NCBI RefSeq assembly: GCF_001194135.2
Contig: NC_068988.1
Span: 3,309,245 to 3,373,244 of the forward strand
Direction of reading: 5' to 3'
Source of the DNA: Octopus bimaculoides
Lineage: Eukaryota
DNA length: 64,000 nucleotides
The translations under genes were made by a program, and so were the position numbers. The notes under the pieces are model-generated. The model saw nothing but the letters and a program-made list of their open reading frames with translations, was not told the origin of the DNA and made no database searches. Shown here piece by piece: positions 24,775-38,769 of this stretch; position 1 is the first letter of the stretch, and the number at the start of each line of letters is the position of its first letter.

Positions 24775-25345
24775 NNNNNNNNNNNNNNNNNNNNNNNNNN
24801 NNNNNNNNNNNNNNNNNNNNNNNNNNNNNNNNNNNNNNNNNNNNNNNNNNNNNNNNNNNNNNNNNNNNNNNNNNNNNNNNNNNNNNNNNNNNNNNNNNNN
24901 NNNNNNNNNNNNNNNNNNNNNNNNNNNNNNNNNNNNNNNNNNNNNNNNNNNNNNNNATATATATATATATACGTATATTTTTTTGTGTTCTACCACCTGA
25001 GGAATTGTACTGAGGAACACAACACTGATGATAGAGTGAAAAACCAGCTTTGTACATACATACACACATACACATACATACAAACACCCACACACATACA
25101 TACACATGAGGCAGCAGAATGGTAGTGAAGTCAATGCGAGGTTAGGTCTCTGTGTTATATTTCAGTGTAAGTGGACTTTACTTATTGATTTCGATGTTTC
25201 AGACAGTTCAGCCATCATTGATGGCTTAACTTCGAAGTCACTTTCAATAATATTCTCGTTTAAGAATAATATACATACATTTTTCATGTTTTCATTTTAT
25301 GTAGTTTCAGCTCATGAGCTGTGGCCATGCTGGGCACCAAGGAGC

Positions 25346-25843
25346 AAAATAGCTTGTTCTAAAGTCTCTAAACGAGATACAAGTTGTAACAATACCAGAT
25401 GGTAACGCTTCCTTGCCACTATGATATGATTGTTCTATAAAGAGCCATGTTACTACATTTTAAGCTCAGGTAAACATCTTTTCCAGCTCGTTGATGACAC
25501 ACAACCTATGTGTGATATATTGTGAGTAAGGGAGCGAATTGCTCCCTCCCCTCCAGCTTGGCAAGACCTGTAGACCATGGTTTCTGCGTCTTTACCCTTC
25601 ATTGGTACTCAACACCTGTCAGATAGAGATAGTAGTCAATCATCCCTATTCCCAATATATAAAAAGAGAAGTGGCAGATAGCTGGTGATCTTGTAACAAG
25701 CAAAGAAGCAAGTTCTAAAATCTCTAAATGAGATATAAGTAGTAGCAATACTAGACGAAAACGGTTTCTTGCCACTATAACATGGCTGTTCCATGAAGAA
25801 CTATGTTATTACATTTTAAGCCTAGGAAAACGTCTTTTCCAGC
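25346..25843 (+). repeat. Two diverged ~140-bp direct repeats (25346-25487, 25706-25843) around a ~220-bp spacer; possible LTR relics
   Basis: Both read ..ttctaaa.tctctaaa.gagata.aagt...ttgccactat...gttac/ttacattttaagc..agg.aaac.tcttttccagc. LTR origin is inference. Confidence 0.6.
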
Positions 25844-26399
25844 AAGACTCTCTTATAATCTTAATATGGTGTTTCATTTCCCTGAACTTGAATATCCAGC
25901 AAGATTTGCTTGTAGACATACTGCTGGATGTCATTTTTACTCATGGTACCACTTGAGTAGATATTTCTTCTGGAAAAATTGTTTAATTTCTTTTACTTTA
26001 ATACTTTTATTGGTGTGTTGTAAATATTCTATCTCTATTGCGTTTAAGTTCTGCATCACTAAAGGGATTCCATAACCATCTGATCTTCTCTGTACCTTTA
26101 ATAGCTGCTTTATGAAGAAAGGGGGGTTTGTTTCAAATAATTAACAATGTTTCCTGTATTAGAAGAATTTTCAAAATTCAATGTTAAGTGAAGAATAAAT
26201 AACAAGAAAAAACAACAATGTATCAAATGATCAAAAGAAAAGAAGTTTGTCAGAGAATTTGGCATTAAACGAAGGTATGAGTACTAAGATGAAACCAGTT
26301 TCCAAAGAGAGATAGGGTGACCAGTCTAGTATTAATTTAAGTGAATAACTGAATCAATATATATACACATATATATTGTTAAATTGATTATTTTGAATG

Positions 26400-28030
26400 T
26401 CATGCTGAAGAGATCTTCATTCGATAGCAGCATAGTGATAGGCTCAGGAATATGGTTGGTGTAAAAATTGGTGAGTGTTTTGTAAATTTTTGATTGGTCT
26501 CTTTAATAAGCCACATGTAGGCCAGGTTCTACTTTGTTGCAATAATTTTCCCAGTATTTTTTGCTTACACAATAGTATTTGAATATTATCTCCATGTATT
26601 TTTTTCTTTCTAAGTATCACTTTATTTAGTTGGTATATGGTATTTCACAGCAGTGCACAGTTGGTATTGCATTTGCTTCAATCATATAAAATGTGATTGA
26701 GCAGAACATATTGAAATGGTTAACAAAACAACTTTTCATATATGCAAAAATGAACAAGTGTTTGTTTTTCTTTTTTTCCCCATTCCTTGAAGGTGGATCT
26801 ATGATTAAGAAAATGGTCTTTAAAGCTTGCTTTTTAGATTCTAATATAACATACTGAGACACTATTTTCACTTCATAATTAATTGATTTCCTAAAGCAGT
26901 TTCCATTAAGGAAGCAGATTTCTTCTTGTCCTACAATTAGATTCATTTATCCGAGTGTTGTCCTGATTAGCTCTCCAATGTTTACATATTATTATGCAGT
27001 TAATATATTTAGTACGACTATCGCTGACTGTGGCATTGTTTTTAATGAAACAAATTGGCATTGGGAATTACTTTTTGATTAGAGTTAAATATGACCAGCT
27101 AAACTAGATTCTAAATTATTGCTGAAAGGAAATTTATATCAAATGATGTTTTATCTACTCTTGTGAGAATATTTGAAGATAATTATTATTATCTTCTTTT
27201 TAAAGTATACTTATTTGGTTGGTTTCCACATTTGAATAAAGAGTTAATTTTTTCCTTGATACCAACTTTTTAAAAAATGTTACTCTGATAACTGATATCG
27301 TGGTTAAAGGTTGTCCTATCAGGATATTCTATACTTATGTTGCTGACCGATAATCTTATAGTGAGAAGATGATAGAATATTTAAATAGATGTGTTTTTGT
27401 TTAACCTCCAATATTCTTGATATTTTATGTTCTCTAAGTTTAATGCGATATCTTTAGGCTTACAATGTTTATATCAGTGATGGCTGTAATGTTAAGCGTG
27501 AACTCCTTTCGTGTGCTAATAATTTACTATATTTATCACATCCATGGCAAGATGGCCAGGTCATCTCTATTGTACAATCCTGTGCTGAATGTTTTGAATT
27601 TTGCTTTAATGCATTTAAGATGCATAATGCAGTCCCCCACCACACCACTTGCCCCACTACTAATTCTTGAATAACAGACATTTCTTAGCTTGCATTATTA
27701 GGTTAACATTGTTGCTAATGGTGTTGCTATGTTTCCTTCTGAATTCCAGTATTTTAGTTAAAAGACATTTGGAAACTTACAAGTAGATTCTCTGATGTCA
27801 AAGTGAGTGAATTTGCATCTGTTTTTTTCTTTATGTTTCGGAACCAGTTAACGACATCATTGATGTTATTTCATTATCACGTGCCGGCAGCTTTTCTAAT
27901 CTTGTTGTTGATATTGTTAAGAATGTGCTTACAAATGGTACTCAGACCACATTTTGCAAAGCTTATCAGCTTGCATGTGAGATTTCAGGAACATTTTGTA
28001 TGTGGTTTTAAAAGTGATATAAGGCCTTTG
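26400..28030 (-). mobile_element. Decayed Penelope-like element: reverse transcriptase plus C-terminal GIY-YIG endonuclease
   Basis: Frameshifted - strand translation gives KHILNNINNKIRKAAG...NDVVNWFRNIK, CKFTHFDIRE, LYNRDDLAIL (GLYRDDG-type motif), NII*YKFPFS (NIIWFNPPFS-type), SNCRT...CFLNGNCFRKSINYEVKI and NHRSTFK. Confidence 0.8.
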
Positions 28031-28129
28031 TTAGTTTAAGCATTCTCTCCTATTTTCTAGTTTTAGTTTAACTTCTATGAGTTTTGCTTCATTGTTGATT
28101 TCATTATCAGTGCTGTAATTCCAGCATGC

Positions 28130-29000
28130 CAATGTGAGCTGGCAGAACGGTTAGCATGCAGGGCAAAATGCTTGGTGGCATTTTGTCTGAGTTCAAATTC
28201 CACTAAAGCTGACTCAGCCTTTCATCCTTTCAGTGTCAATAAAATAAGTACCAGTAATTGACTTACCGCCTCCCTTGAAATTGTTGACCTTGTGCCAAAA
28301 TTTAAAATTAATATGTTAATGTGATGTTGTTTGTTAGGAAGTTATTGTATGTCTCATTCATATATGGTTATTTTGGCACATAAAAGGCACCATACAAACG
28401 TGGCTGATGCCAGTTCCACCCGACTGGTCCTGTGCTGGTGGCACATAAAAAGCAACATCCATGCATGGTAATTGCCAGTGCTGCCTGACTGGCCCTCAAG
28501 CCAGAGGCACGTAAAAGGCACTCACTACACTCTTGGAGTGGTTGGTGTTTGGAAGGGCATCCAGCTGTAGAAACCTTGCCAAATCAGACTGGAGTCTGGT
28601 GCAGACTCCTGACTTGCCAGTTCTCAGTCAAACCATCCAACCCATGCCAGCAGGGAAAATGGACGTTAACCAATGTTGATGAGGAGGAGGAGGAGGGTAA
28701 CTTTCCTGGTAGATTTTCTAGTTCCATGTATGCTTTACATGAGTCTGGTCTTGAGCTTTTTCTCCTGTTACTTCAACAGACAGAACTTCCTTTAGCCATG
28801 TTGGTTGTGTTAAACTGGAAAATGATTTAAATCTACCGAAGAACAGTCGCACAGGCTTCCATACAGTTTCTGCCTTTACTATTTCACTCACAAGTCACTG
28901 ATCTATGAAAGACTTCACTAGCAGATATTGAAATCCTATACAAAAAGTGAGACACGAATTCAGGATCCCATGGTTTTAAAGCAACTACTTAACCACAGAG
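28130..29000. mobile_element. SINE cluster: family A + (28130-28310), family C + (28370-28680), family B - (28850-29000)
   Basis: Diagnostic motifs of each family as described above. Confidence 0.75.
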
Positions 29001-30059
29001 TCAATTCCCCCCATTTTGAAATTGATCTTGAATACTTGATTCTACTGCATGCTTTCAGGATATTGAACCATTTATCAGTAACAATCAATTCTGGGTTTAT
29101 ATAAATGCTTCATTACAGCAATGGTTGCCTTACTGTATCAAACTCAACTCTGCAGTTACTATTTAGCTTTTCAGTGAGTATTATATCAGCTGTCTCTTTG
29201 ATTTTCTCTTTTCTTAATAGTTCTGTCAATAATGGATACTTCATTCCATAGCAATAGCCAATTTCTTTTCACATACTAAGTTCTGCTATTCCTGACTAAG
29301 ATGTCTCTCAAATGACCAGACATTTTGATATTCTTCCATTCTGAAGTTATGTTGTTTCTCAGTTTTAAAGTCTTCCACAAAAGCATGGAACATTCTAAAA
29401 AGTATCATTTAGTCATTCATTCCTGTATCTTTATTATACCAGTATAAATATACATAAACGTTTGTGAGAGTATAAGTATAAATACAAGATATAATAACAG
29501 TGTGCTTTGCTGTTGAGCAAAAAGGCACAATACTGGCAGTATATAATATTTAATAAGGTACTTACTGTGATCTCCATGACTCGGTTTTTTTATTACAATA
29601 TATAAACTTTGACCAACAAAGTTACATACAGTGGATACAGAAAGTTATCTGCAAATCAACTAGTAATAGAAACAGCAAACTACAAACTGAACAAAGGTCT
29701 GGAAAACTTCTCAATTTTCAAATTAGATGAATGGTGACAGGAAGCAATACATGACAGGTCCACTACAGGCTGGCACTACAGAAAACAGTTGTTAAAGAAT
29801 TGATGTTGGGAATCATGATGATGACGACGAAGGCGATAATGATGACAATGATGATGATGATTATTATTATTATAATGTGAACATTCAGAAATACATGTAA
29901 CAGAATTGAAAATACATTTCTGTACAGACAGACATATTGACTCACAGACAAAGACTCAGATGGACACATCGAACGAGGTTGGGAAAGACAGCAGGTCCTA
30001 TTGCTAGACTGCTTATTTCCAAGACACAAGTTCAAAACTAACACTCTAAATCCCTTCAT

Positions 30060-30130
30060 TTAGTTAGTTTGTTGAGCAAATATGTTCCATTCTTGTGCAG
30101 CCATGGTTAATAGTCGCAAGAGGAATCCAT
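30060..30130 (-). CDS. Candidate terminal coding exon (D)GFLLRLLTMAAQEWNIFAQQTN*
   Basis: Strong acceptor gtttcttgtctttcag, phase-1 start and TAA stop. A TE-free, UTR-like stretch follows, with AATAAA near 29590. Confidence 0.5.
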
Positions 30131-30392
30131 CTGAAAGACAAGAAACTCCATTTAACAGAATCTACAGAAATTTGATGCAAAACTTTTCCCTGAAACATAA
30201 TGTGGGATAACATACATAATCACACACATGCACGCACGCGCACACACACACACACACACATGCACACACACACATATGCACACATGCACATACACACACA
30301 CACAGACACACATACATATTAAAAAAAGAGCGAGTGGGAGAGTGAATAGGGAAAGATGTGAAAAATGTATCTGTACACACATATACATAAAT

Positions 30393-30485
<93 letters not shown>

Positions 30486-30814
30486 AAGAGAGAGGGAGGA
30501 ATACACCAATAGATTTTGGGCATTGAAACACATAAATACATAGTGCTACATTAGAAAGACATTCAGAGTGTAAGCACAAATCTTTGGCAGCAAAGAATTG
30601 GTATTTAACTAACAGAAGAGATTCAAACATAAGCTTTTCATCAGGGTTTGATTAACCACTTAAAATGATAGCAAGGTTAAACAGCTTATAGAAGTCTGCT
30701 TTGCAATCATGAAAACCCAGTTTCAATTCTACTGCACCACTTCAAGAGTATTCGTCATTTTCTATCGTCTTATTTTGACCCATATCTTGTAAAATGAAAT
30801 AAATGGAATCATCC

Positions 30815-31180
30815 TCATCATCGTTTAACGTCCACTTTGCATGCTAGCATGGGTTGGACGATTTGACTGAGGACTGGCGAACCAGATGGCTACACCAGGC
30901 TCCAATCTGATTTGGCAGAGTTTCTACAGCTGGATGCCCTTCCTAACGCTAACCACTCCAAGAGTGTAGTGGGTGCTTTTACGTGCCACCGGCATGAGGG
31001 CCAGTCACACGGTACTGGCAACGGTCTCGCTCAAAAAGGTGTTTTTTACATGTCATCTGCACGGGAGCCAGTCCAGCGGCACTGGCAATGATCTCATTCG
31101 AATGTCTTTACACGTGCCACTGGAACAAGTGCCAGGAAGGCATCGCTGGGCACAGGTGCCATCACGATTTAGCTTTCGAT
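30815..31180 (-). mobile_element. SINE family C with about 3 internal repeat units
   Basis: catcgtttaacgtccactttgcatgctagcatgggttggacg...ggatgcccttcctaacg...gtgcttttacgtgccaccggc. Confidence 0.85.
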
Positions 31181-31554
31181 TGCACCAACAGGTTTTCACA
31201 AGCCAAAGTTTTCTGTACTGAAAACTTCCTGATAGTTTACACCTGTAATTTGAAGTTCCAGTTTGGTCATGCAATGTCACACTAATTCCAACTGTGCATT
31301 ACATTTAGAGTAGCCAATTCTGTCATTCTTGGACTGTCCAGCATTGGCTTAACTGTTACCAGTAAACCTATACTTGCTCAAGAATAAATCTGTCCTCTAC
31401 AAGAGTATAGAGTAACCCCATTCATTAATGTATAATTGTTTTTGTTATACTTCGTTTTTGTATCTGATTTGTAAGATTCCTTAAGTGAATTTGTGTGTTG
31501 AAACAAATTTTGTTGTGACTAGGGAGAGTCATGATGCCTTAATATAACACATTT

Positions 31555-31770
31555 ACATTAGGTGGTGAGCTGGCAGAGACGTTAGCAGGCTGAGTGAAAT
31601 GCTTAGCAGTATTTTGTCTGTCTTTACGTTCTGAGTTCAAATTGTGCCGAGGTCGACTTTGCCATTCATCCTTTCGGGGTCGATAAATTAAGTACCAGCT
31701 GTGTACTGGGATCAATCTAATTGAGTGGCCCCCTCCCCAAAAGTTTCAGGCCTTGTGCCTCGAGAAGAAA
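31555..31770 (+). mobile_element. Full-length SINE family A
   Basis: ggtggtgagctggcagagacgttagc...ctgagttcaaattgtgccgaggtcgactttgcc.ttcatcctttcggggtcgataaattaagtacc...ggccttgtgcct. Confidence 0.9.
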
Positions 31771-32035
31771 AAAGTATAACACACTCACTGGTTCATTTTC
31801 CACTCATTTATTTATTTATTTCAGAAAACATTTTCATTGCTGCATTTGCAACTGTAAACTAAAAAACAAGCACATATACTCCTTCCCACACCCAGACAAC
31901 TATATATGTGTCTGTATGTGTGTGTGTATATATATATATATATATACACACACATATATATTGTGTATATCTATATACAGTAAAGATTATTTCCCAACAT
32001 AATGTGTCAGTCCTGGTTAGGATGAATGTTACTGT

Positions 32036-32073
<38 letters not shown>

Positions 32074-32135
32074 TGTATATACATGCAAATGGGTGGTTTT
32101 ACAGAAGTGTGTTTATTTTGCTGTACATTTGTCTG

Positions 32136-32185
<50 letters not shown>

Positions 32186-33071
32186 TGCACACGTACACAC
32201 ACACGTACACAAACATATACGCATGCACATGCGAAGTGAATTGTTTCTCACAAGGTGTTTGTTTTCCAATACATATGCTTGTATGTGTATGTTTATATAA
32301 AATCATACATATGCGTGTGTGTGCATGTCTGCCTGTCTGCATGTATGTGTGTGTGTGTATGTGGGTGAGTGTATATGTGAAAGAAATAGTGCACATGTTT
32401 ATGCCTGTACATGTGCATACATGTATCCATATGATGCTTTTGATATGCAAGAATTTTCATTAGTTTAATGAAATTTTTCACAAATATTTTAATGTTTTGT
32501 TTTTGCATGAGTTTATTGTAAGCAATTTGTCAAAAGCATTGGTTCTGGGTCTGTTCTACATTTCTGACCTGCTGTATCATTCAAAGCAAACATTGATTTC
32601 TTTGTATTGCCATTCAAATATCTTCATGGTTAGAAAGAAACATTTCATCCAATTGCATCTCTCCATATCTCTTATCATAAACATATAATTATACATGACA
32701 AACAAAGATACATACATGCATACATACATACATGTATGTATGTATGTATGTATGTATGTATGTATATATATATATATATATATGTATNNNNNNNNNNNNN
32801 NNNNNNNNNNNNNNNNNNNNNNNNNNNNNNNNNNNNNNNNNNNNNNNNNNNNNNNNNNNNNNNNNNNNNNNNNNNNNNNNNNNNNNNNNNNNNNNNNNNN
32901 NNNNNNNNNNNNNNNNNNNNNNNNNNNNNNNNNNNNNNNNNNNNNNNNNNNNNNNNNNNNNNNNNNNNNNNNNNNNNNNNNNNNNNNNNNNNNNNNNNNN
33001 NNNNNNNNNNNNNNNNNNNNNNNNNNNNNNNNNNNNNNNNNNNNNNNNNNNNNNNNNNNNNNNNNNNNNNN

Positions 33072-33148
<77 letters not shown>

Positions 33149-33560
33149 GAGGATAGAGCTACACAGATTAAAGATACGCAGATTTATAAATATGTATTTT
33201 CATATATATATATATACATACATACAGACACAGACATAAACACACATATATATACACTTATATATATATATTCCATACATTATATGCTTATACACACACA
33301 TATTTCATGTGCATTTGCTCACATATTCTCAAAAGTACAGAGAAAGGGAAATAAACAGTTTTTATTTTCTTGATATATATATATATATTTATTTTAGCAA
33401 TATACATATTTTTCTTTTCTTAATATCCATCTTTATTTTCAGGAATCAGCCTACAAAGAAGAAATCTCTCCAGAAAAGAATCACAGAGAAGCAAAATGAG
33501 ACTTCCTTTCCAATTGTAATTTTGCTGCTCTTTTTATTGTTGGAATCTTTTCAGACTTAC

Positions 33561-33618
33561 CAAAGTTAAGTTTCCAACTTAGATAATGGAATTTGCAGCC
33601 AGATTCCATGAAGTAAAG
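33561..33618 (-). CDS. Candidate penultimate exon LYFMESGCKFHYLSWKLNF (phase 0 to 1)
   Basis: Acceptor gatgtttag and consensus donor G|GTAAGT. The terminal G joins the AT of exon 30130 to give Asp in frame. Confidence 0.5.
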
Positions 33619-33895
33619 CTAAACATCTTGGAATTTATGATATTGCTATTATAGCTTATGATGATATATAGTAACTCTTTTTGCAAGTAAATATACATTT
33701 GAACTTTATTTATTGACATATCATTAAGGAAAAATAGCATGTCACTCTTGGAGAATTCTTCATTCTTGAGATTATTTCTCCTCATTTTAAGCTCGTACCA
33801 AAAGAGTGGTCTATCCTCTCTAGAAGCAGAGGTAGTTGAAATAAAGCATTGATTGATATATATATATATATATATATATCTGTAAATATAATATG

Positions 33896-33995
33896 TGACA
33901 ATTATTCGGTAGCCATGATAAAATTCCCAGCTTCAGATGTTGGGGTGTAAACCCACGCCGCCATCTCTTCAGTTATTGGGCCACCGAAAACAATC
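33896..33995. mobile_element. ~100-bp hairpin/MITE-like element between (TA)n and (CT)n
   Basis: Terminal inverted repeat attattcggtagcc / ggccaccgaaaacaat. Confidence 0.45.
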
Positions 33996-34000
33996 TCTCC

Positions 34001-34072
<72 letters not shown>

Positions 34073-35199
34073 TACATTTCTAAATCTATCAGAGAGTTAT
34101 GCAGTAACACCATGATAAAGCGATGGCTTGTTGCTAACTTAATGTGGCTGTCCCAGGACTCAGAGAGAGAGAGAGAGAAAGAGAGAGTTTACAAGTATGT
34201 AGTTTCAAGTTTAGTCCTGCTGCAGGTGTTTTTTACTATACCCCAAGAACGACCAAATATATTACACACATATACACGTGCGCTTGTGTGTCAATAGTGT
34301 GTACCTTTGTTTGACATTATGTGATGGTTGTAAATGACCATCATCATCATCATCATAGAAGGAATATCAAAAGGACTAACCAGATACTGTCTTTGCATTA
34401 TAGCCAATTTTCTGACCAAACCAGGAAAACTATGTCTCCACAGGTTTCTTTTCAAATGCTAAGATTATTTGTTGTCAGTTATCAATACCTGACAAGATTG
34501 CAAGTTTTTATTGATTTTGGTTGAAGGAAATAGTTTTAATCTCAGAATGCAACAAGCTGGAGCAAATACCGTAATGTATCCTGTTTGAGAATTTAAATAT
34601 TCTACTAATCCATTCCCTTGGGCTTTATCAAATCTGAAAGGATGAATGGTTAAGTTCACTTTGGTGTGATTTGAAATAAGAGTGCAAAGAATCAAAACAA
34701 ATACTGCAAAGTTTTTTATCCATCATATTGAAGATTCTGACAACCTGTTGCTTTGAACAAGATACCTTACTAAATATGTTTTCTTTTTCATTTTATAAAA
34801 GAGATGAGTGAAAAAAGGAAAAAAAGGAACACAAAATACAACTACAATACACACCTCCTGGGATGACAAAGAAAATTCTGAGAATACTTAGAAACCTAAC
34901 TGTTAAAAATAGGCCCAAGTCACATTGATTTTTCTTTTTGAGTAACAAAAGCACTTTTAGAACTAGGGTTTTCACTAGAATTTCTCATCTAACTATAAAG
35001 CTATGAAATATCCACTCATGTGAATAAAGCACCTTACCTATTCCTTATCAGCAATAAAGAGCTATTAATCTAACAAGACTGCATTCTTTAAATTATTTTA
35101 TTTATTAAATATTTGATGTACCTTTCACTCATAATTTATTTCTGCTGAACAACAAATGTGTGCGTGTAGGAGGCAGGAGGTATGAAATATAAAGAGATA

Positions 35200-35830
35200 T
35201 AATAAAGACATAATAAGTCCATGGCAAACTTTTGCTAGCATCTTGGTGAAACCAAAGGAAAAAGTTGATAAGTTTTATGGAATTTGCTCAGCTCAGCTTA
35301 CATCCAATATTGTGAGATTGATGATTATAGATTGAATATGAGTATTAAATCAGATATTAAATGGAAATTTCTCTCTTGAATAATTTAAAAGGATATAAAT
35401 CGATATTCTTGTCAAAACCAATTGCTACAGCAATGACATAAAGGGAGTAAATTGAAAATAGTTTACTAAAAGCATTCCGTGCAATGCTATAAATGAAATG
35501 TTTTAGTGCCTCAAGATAAAGGAAAGCATGGTGAATTTTCTTTCTCCTTGAGATGAGAAAAAGGGGGTTATTAATTGCTAAAACAGATATTTCCCTTGTC
35601 ATTTTCAATTATTTGTCTGTAGACTTTGAATATATATACTTTCAGCAGTAACTGCTGGCTTGGTGCTATGCATGGCATCTTTCTCCATGGAACAATCAAT
35701 AAACAAAGCTGTTAGAGAGAACACACTTTTATGTAAACATATCAGATACATCTCTGGCAAGATATTCCTATATCACGCAGACCTATGATATCAAACTCTA
35801 TTAATGGTACTTAAATACTTCAGATTTCAC
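35200..35830 (+). mobile_element. Highly decayed Penelope-like RT fragment
   Basis: Residual motifs across frameshifts occur in the expected order: KLISF..SL..NI, FEYIYFQQ, FSMEQ...RYISGKIF (RYIDDIF-like). Confidence 0.4.
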
Positions 35831-35989
35831 ATCAGGTGTGCTATACTTTGAATATGTCACGGATGAGCTTTTATTTATGTATGTTTAGCTTAAATATATG
35901 GCAGCTTACATTTAAAACTGTGTAATTATGCAGTTTGTGTGAGTACTTGAAAATAATGTATCTATCTTTATATTATATTATATATATAT

Positions 35990-36041
<52 letters not shown>

Positions 36042-36069
36042 CACTTCAAACACTCTATACATACATATG

Positions 36070-36110
<41 letters not shown>

Positions 36111-36135
36111 TTGTATATCTATATGCATATGTGCT

Positions 36136-36172
<37 letters not shown>

Positions 36173-36496
36173 TTTTATGTACACTTATCCATACATGAGT
36201 AAATATACACAGATATGTGCACGTATGCAAAAATGTTCATATGCACACACACACACATTCACACACACATACACATGTATATTACATATATTGCTATATT
36301 TTGTACATCTAAATAAATGGATATTATCTTGGATTCATAATATGGAAATAAATTACAAATACAAATTTTGTAACAGTAAATCTCCGAGCTTCATAGGATT
36401 TAATTCTGTGCCAGCTTTTGATAAGTTTCAAAATTTTGTTCATTCATACCATTTTGGAGGCAAACAGTTTACAGATATAAGCTTTATTTATTTATC

Positions 36497-37125
<629 letters not shown>

Positions 37126-37734
37126 CATCAACATCCTCCTCCTCCTCCTCCTCCTCCTCCTCATCATCATCATCATCATCAACATCATCATTTGTTTGGC
37201 TTTTCCTTTGTATTTGTACAATAATAATAATCCTTTCTACAATAGGCACAAGACCTGCAATTTTGGGGACGAGACTAAAAAGGATTATTATTATCATTAT
37301 CATTTTCATTAGCATCTTCTTTCAATTCTGTTTCCATTTCTTGCCGAGCGTCTTCCTAACACCTAGGGCAGAGAAACGTGCTGTATATATTGGTAGGCCA
37401 TTAAAACAAACACACCAGATTGTTCATTTACAAAGCCATGTGATAGAGAAAAAGGGGAAGACAGATTATTATTAATGTTATTGTTATTGTTATTATTATT
37501 ATTATTATCATGATCCTGCAAGAATAATGTATGGTGATATGCAACAGATAAATTGGTTCAGTGACTTGGCAACTGTTCCTAGTTGAAATCTATTTTACTT
37601 TTGTTATGTTGTCCTTAGAAGGGAGATAAAGATCACATGCTGCCTTTTACTATTCTATAAAATTTCAGTCTATACACAAAGTTAAAAACCAACAAATACA
37701 ATACCAAGTGCTCAACTTCAAAAGTAATAATTAC

Positions 37735-37809
37735 CTGCTTCGACAGAATGAGGCAAGAAGATAAAACAATGTGGAAAAGTTATGCAGTGTTACTAACAAA
37801 ATATTGTGT
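37735..37809 (-). CDS. Candidate internal exon HNILLVTLHNFSTLFYLLASFCRS (75 nt, phase 2 to 2)
   Basis: Acceptor atatgtttctgcag and donor CAG|GTAATT; only one frame is open. Linkage to the 33618 exon is not established. Confidence 0.35.
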
Positions 37810-38354
37810 CTGCAGAAACATATTTTATGCTTATAAAATATTAATATGTTGCAAACACTTAGTCATTCTCTTAAGCAATAACTCCAATATTATTCTTCTT
37901 CTGCAAGACTAAATCACATATTGATATGTTATAAACATTAAATATAATTTCATATCCAAAATGTTTGGGGAGAAGTGAATAACTGCTTTTGTCAGAGAAC
38001 ATTATTTACTATCCCTGGCATAATTTGAACACACTGTTCACTATGGCATTCTATCTTAGAGAGAAATTCCATTTCTATTTTTCATACTGAGAAGAAAATG
38101 AGCGGGGGAAAAAATACTTGAAAGAGACCATATACATTGATAGTCTAAAAACAGTTGAAGCCATTTATCATGAGTCATGTTTGGTGAGAATATAGTCAGA
38201 AGATTATCAGACAAGTCATTTTTACTTTATCAAATCATGCCTGAAACAAGAAAACTTGTCAAATCTATTTTCTCATATATTAAATATTGCTTTCAATGGG
38301 AAACATTAAGTGGGGGGTTATGACTATAATGGATTAAGTGAGGGAGGCGTGTAT

Positions 38355-38461
38355 TATGATGTAACTGTTATGTGATGAGGGGTTCTATGACGTAATTGTT
38401 ACGAGGTGGTAGTACTATGATGTAAGTGTTATGTGGTGGGGGTAGTGCTATGATGTAAATT
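38355..38461 (+). repeat. Minisatellite, ~3.5 units of 30-33 bp
   Basis: tatga(t/c)gtaa(c/t/g)tgtta(t/c)g...gg unit repeated. Confidence 0.7.
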
Positions 38462-38769
38462 GTAGGAATGGATCAAATGGGGTGTTCAACATTTCTGAGT
38501 TTGATCCAAGAGAATAAATAAATGAAAGAATGATCAATAGCTATTCAGATACCATCAGAATTAATTTTACTTTTTATATCCATGGATCAATTACCAAAAT
38601 CTATTAGGAAAATGGATCAAAAATAGATTTTTGTTCAAACATTCTTTGGAAGGAATAAGAAACAAACACATTCAGCAGAGTAAAAAAAGTTCTTTGGATC
38701 AGAAGAAAGAAAGGTTTAAAAGAAAAGCAATAGCATGGCATGTATGGAACACTAAAGTTGGCAACAAAC

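Noticed and set aside
26160-26350. Idea that in-frame TAA/TAG/TGA here and at 7096-9416 reflect a ciliate-like genetic code or a parasite contaminant
   Set aside because: Any AT-rich frame looks protein-like once stops are re-read. Stop density is near random in places, frameshifts are present, and the segments are interleaved with host SINEs.
27458-28010. Long + strand near-open frames with good-looking splice sites (AYNVYISDG..., NDIIDVISLSRAG...)
   Set aside because: They are antisense shadows of the - strand Penelope RT.
32695-33373. ORFs spanning N-runs (also 2297-2581, 24590-25134, 47763-48253, 54422-54947)
   Set aside because: Their length comes from assembly gaps.
35357-35608. GPCR-like hydrophobic ORF
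   Set aside because: No genuine TM or receptor motifs; it overlaps the antisense strand of a probable PLE RT relic.
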